From: Antedon mediterranea
Taxonomy: Eukaryota; Animalia; Echinodermata
Length of the DNA stretch: 64,000 nucleotides
Assembly (NCBI RefSeq): GCF_964355755.1
Contig: NC_092671.1
Coordinates: 6,448,001 to 6,512,000, forward strand
Direction: 5' to 3'
A model generated the notes under the pieces. It had not been told where the DNA came from and ran no database searches. It saw only the letters and a list, made by a program, of their open reading frames with translations. The position numbers and the translations under genes were made by a program. Shown one piece after another: positions 61,877 through 64,000 of the stretch. How positions within the stretch are numbered: the stretch's first letter is position 1; each line of letters starts with the position of its first letter.

Positions 61877-64000
61877 TGTAAGGATGTGGACGACAACACA
61901 AAAGGAAAAACACGCCTTTTCTCACTTTTACCACGGTCCGGTGGTGTATTTGGTTTTAATTTGTTTTTAGCATAACAATAGAGATCAGTATGGTCCTGAA
62001 AACCACATAATAAATACAATGAGAAACAAAAGTAAATAATATTCTAAAATACAAGCCAATTCTTAGTAACGACCTCAACTAACAGGCGACTCTAATAAAA
62101 AGGATTCTCTCTGAGGACTGCGACTATTACGTCAAACGGCACGTCTACCTAAACAGCCTCTGTATACTTTGTTAGAGTATACAAATACCTAATTAATTAC
62201 CTACACAATTGCATCATAAGTGCCTGAATATTACTATTATATTACTAGAATAAATGCATGTTGGAATTTACTCACACTATTTGAATACTAAACTTAGTCT
62301 ATTCATTGAATCAAGGAGTTATAATCTTAGGTTTGTGTAAAATATATACACAATAACAAATCCATGGGCGCAGCCATTTTGTATGACAAATAGAGGGCGC
62401 ACTACATGACGATCTATCACGAGCATGGTAGCCTCGTGTATACAAATTAATCAAGTGTGAACTGTAGGATGAACTATTTTATACAAACTGTTAACTAGAA
62501 ACTATCTTCTATAAACTAAACATTACTAAATCTATCTAAACATATTTTGTTAATACAAAGAAGGTTTATCACAAAAGTATATATTATAACATTATATGGC
62601 ATAAAATCCTAGTTCAAAGATTGTAACACAATACTATTCAATAGGCTTCCTAACTGCACATTCCATGAGTCAAGGTTAACCCAAAACAAATGTCTAGGCC
62701 TATGAATGCAATCATCTTAAAATACAACATTAATGTTTCTTAAACATAACAGAATCTTATAAATGTATAACAAAGTAATATATGTATAAAGTAGAGTAAT
62801 TACCTTTTAATCAGATCTTTAATTAAGTAAGAGACAAAACTATCTGCTTCCTTGACCGGTTCATGAATACAAAAGAAAGAAAATCATTTGAAAAAGACTG
62901 TTACAATTATAGGGGGCAGTAACACCTATAGGGGGCAGTATTTAATTATCACATGATTAGATTAATCCCCACACTCCCCTGTTTAAGCTGAGTTTGTCCT
63001 CAAACTTAATATTATTCACAACAAGAAGAATCTTTTCAGCATTTTCAGAGTCAATGCCAGCATCATCAGGCCAGTCAGGGTAAACGTCCCCAGTACCATC
63101 GTCTTCAACAAAGGACTCTACACATTCCCCTTCGGCTCCCACAAAGTGTCTCATCTTCTTCTCTGGGAGAACATATACTGTGTTTCCATTACCATGGGCA
63201 GCACGCCTAGTTGCTTCTAGTTCGGCTCTTAGCTCATCAACCGTCCTCTGCACATCTCGCAACGATGCCTTGCTTGCCATCACTGATCTCTAATGTTAAA
63301 GCCAAATACGATCCACGATCCCACTTCTGACACCAAATTGTAAGGATGTGGACGACAACACAAAAGGAAAAACACGCCTTTTCTCACTTTTACCACGGTC
63401 CGGTGGTGTATTTGGTTTTAATTTGTTTTTAGCATAACAATAGAGATCAGTATGGTCCTGAAAACCACATAATAAATACAATGAGAAACAAAAGTAAATA
63501 ATATTCTAAAATACAAGCCAATTCTTAGTAACGACCTCAACTAACAGGCGACTCTAATAAAAAGGATTCTCTCTGAGGACTGCGACTATTACGTCAAACG
63601 GCACGTCTACCTAAACAGCCTCTGTATACTTTGTTAGAGTATACAAATACCTAATTAATTACCTACACAATTGCATCATAAGTGCCTGAATATTACTATT
63701 ATATTACTAGAATAAATGCATGTTGGAATTTACTCACACTATTTGAATACTAAACTTAGTCTATTCATTGAATCAAGGAGTTATAATCTTAGGTTTGTGT
63801 AAAATATATACACAATAACAAATCCATGGGCGCAGCCATTTTGTATGACAAATAGAGGGCGCACTACATGACGATCTATCACGAGCATGGTAGCCTCGTG
63901 TATACAAATTAATCAAGTGTGAACTGTAGGATGAACTATTTTATACAAACTGTTAACTAGAAACTATCTTCTATAAACTAAACATTACTAAATCTATCTA
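61877..64000 (-). mobile_element. Non-autonomous Gypsy-type LTR retrotransposon: 3' LTR 61877-62973, internal region 62974-63338, 5' LTR 63339->64000
   Basis: TG...CA LTR of 1097 bp. The second copy appears identical over the 662 bp visible (constant offset 1462). PBS TGGTGTCAGAAGTGGGAT at 63318-63335 is complementary to the tRNA-Leu 3' end. PPT AAACAGGGGAG at 62974-62984. Confidence 0.93.
62957..63280 (-). CDS. 107-aa residual ORF of the LTR element (Gag N-terminus-like, fused to 3' internal sequence)
   Basis: ATG lies 37 nt after the PBS. Coiled-coil LRDVQRTVDELRAELEA is followed by TVYVLPEKKMRHFVG...VESFVED, reminiscent of Gypsy Gag. The stop codon lies inside the 3' LTR. Confidence 0.5.
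   Translation of the reverse strand: MASKASLRDVQRTVDELRAELEATRRAAHGNGNTVYVLPEKKMRHFVGAEGECVESFVEDDGTGDVYPDWPDDAGIDSENAEKILLVVNNIKFEDKLSLNRGVWGLI

Noticed and set aside
61789-62019. Duplicated small ORFs MYLLCGFQDHTD... (also 63296..63481)
   Set aside because: These are chance frames in the U5 part of the two LTR copies.
1-64000. A novel multi-gene prokaryote-style system (defence island, operon)
   Set aside because: The window is intron-rich animal DNA with only two host genes. I see no functional link between KLHL18 and ASIC beyond divergent adjacency.

Overview
AT-rich eukaryotic (metazoan) genomic DNA, not prokaryotic. A deuterostome invertebrate such as an echinoderm is my inference from a true ASIC-type gene and the repeat content. 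There are two spliced, divergently transcribed genes. (1) A KLHL18 orthologue (BTB-BACK-Kelch) on the minus strand has 7 coding exons from the ATG at 15892 and runs off the left edge. (2) An acid-sensing ion channel (ASIC/DEG-ENaC) gene on the plus strand has 3 coding exons in view (36983-37511, 56253-56440, 61608-61737) and continues off the right edge. All exon junctions are GT-AG and phase-compatible. Introns and intergenic DNA are rich in non-autonomous transposons: a TWA-flanked Harbinger/Tourist-like MITE family (6 copies, two of them interrupted by younger elements); an Academ-like foldback element carrying a 30-bp minisatellite; hAT/P-like MITEs; three Helentron-associated HINE-like elements; LINE and Penelope relics; tRNA-derived SINEs; and a very young, internally deleted Gypsy-type LTR element with a tRNA-Leu primer site. 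The most notable observations are that mini-LTR element, a 17+17 bp P-element-like excision footprint, and a tandem splice acceptor in KLHL18. Most ORFs in the supplied track are spurious. I see no evidence of a new multi-gene system.
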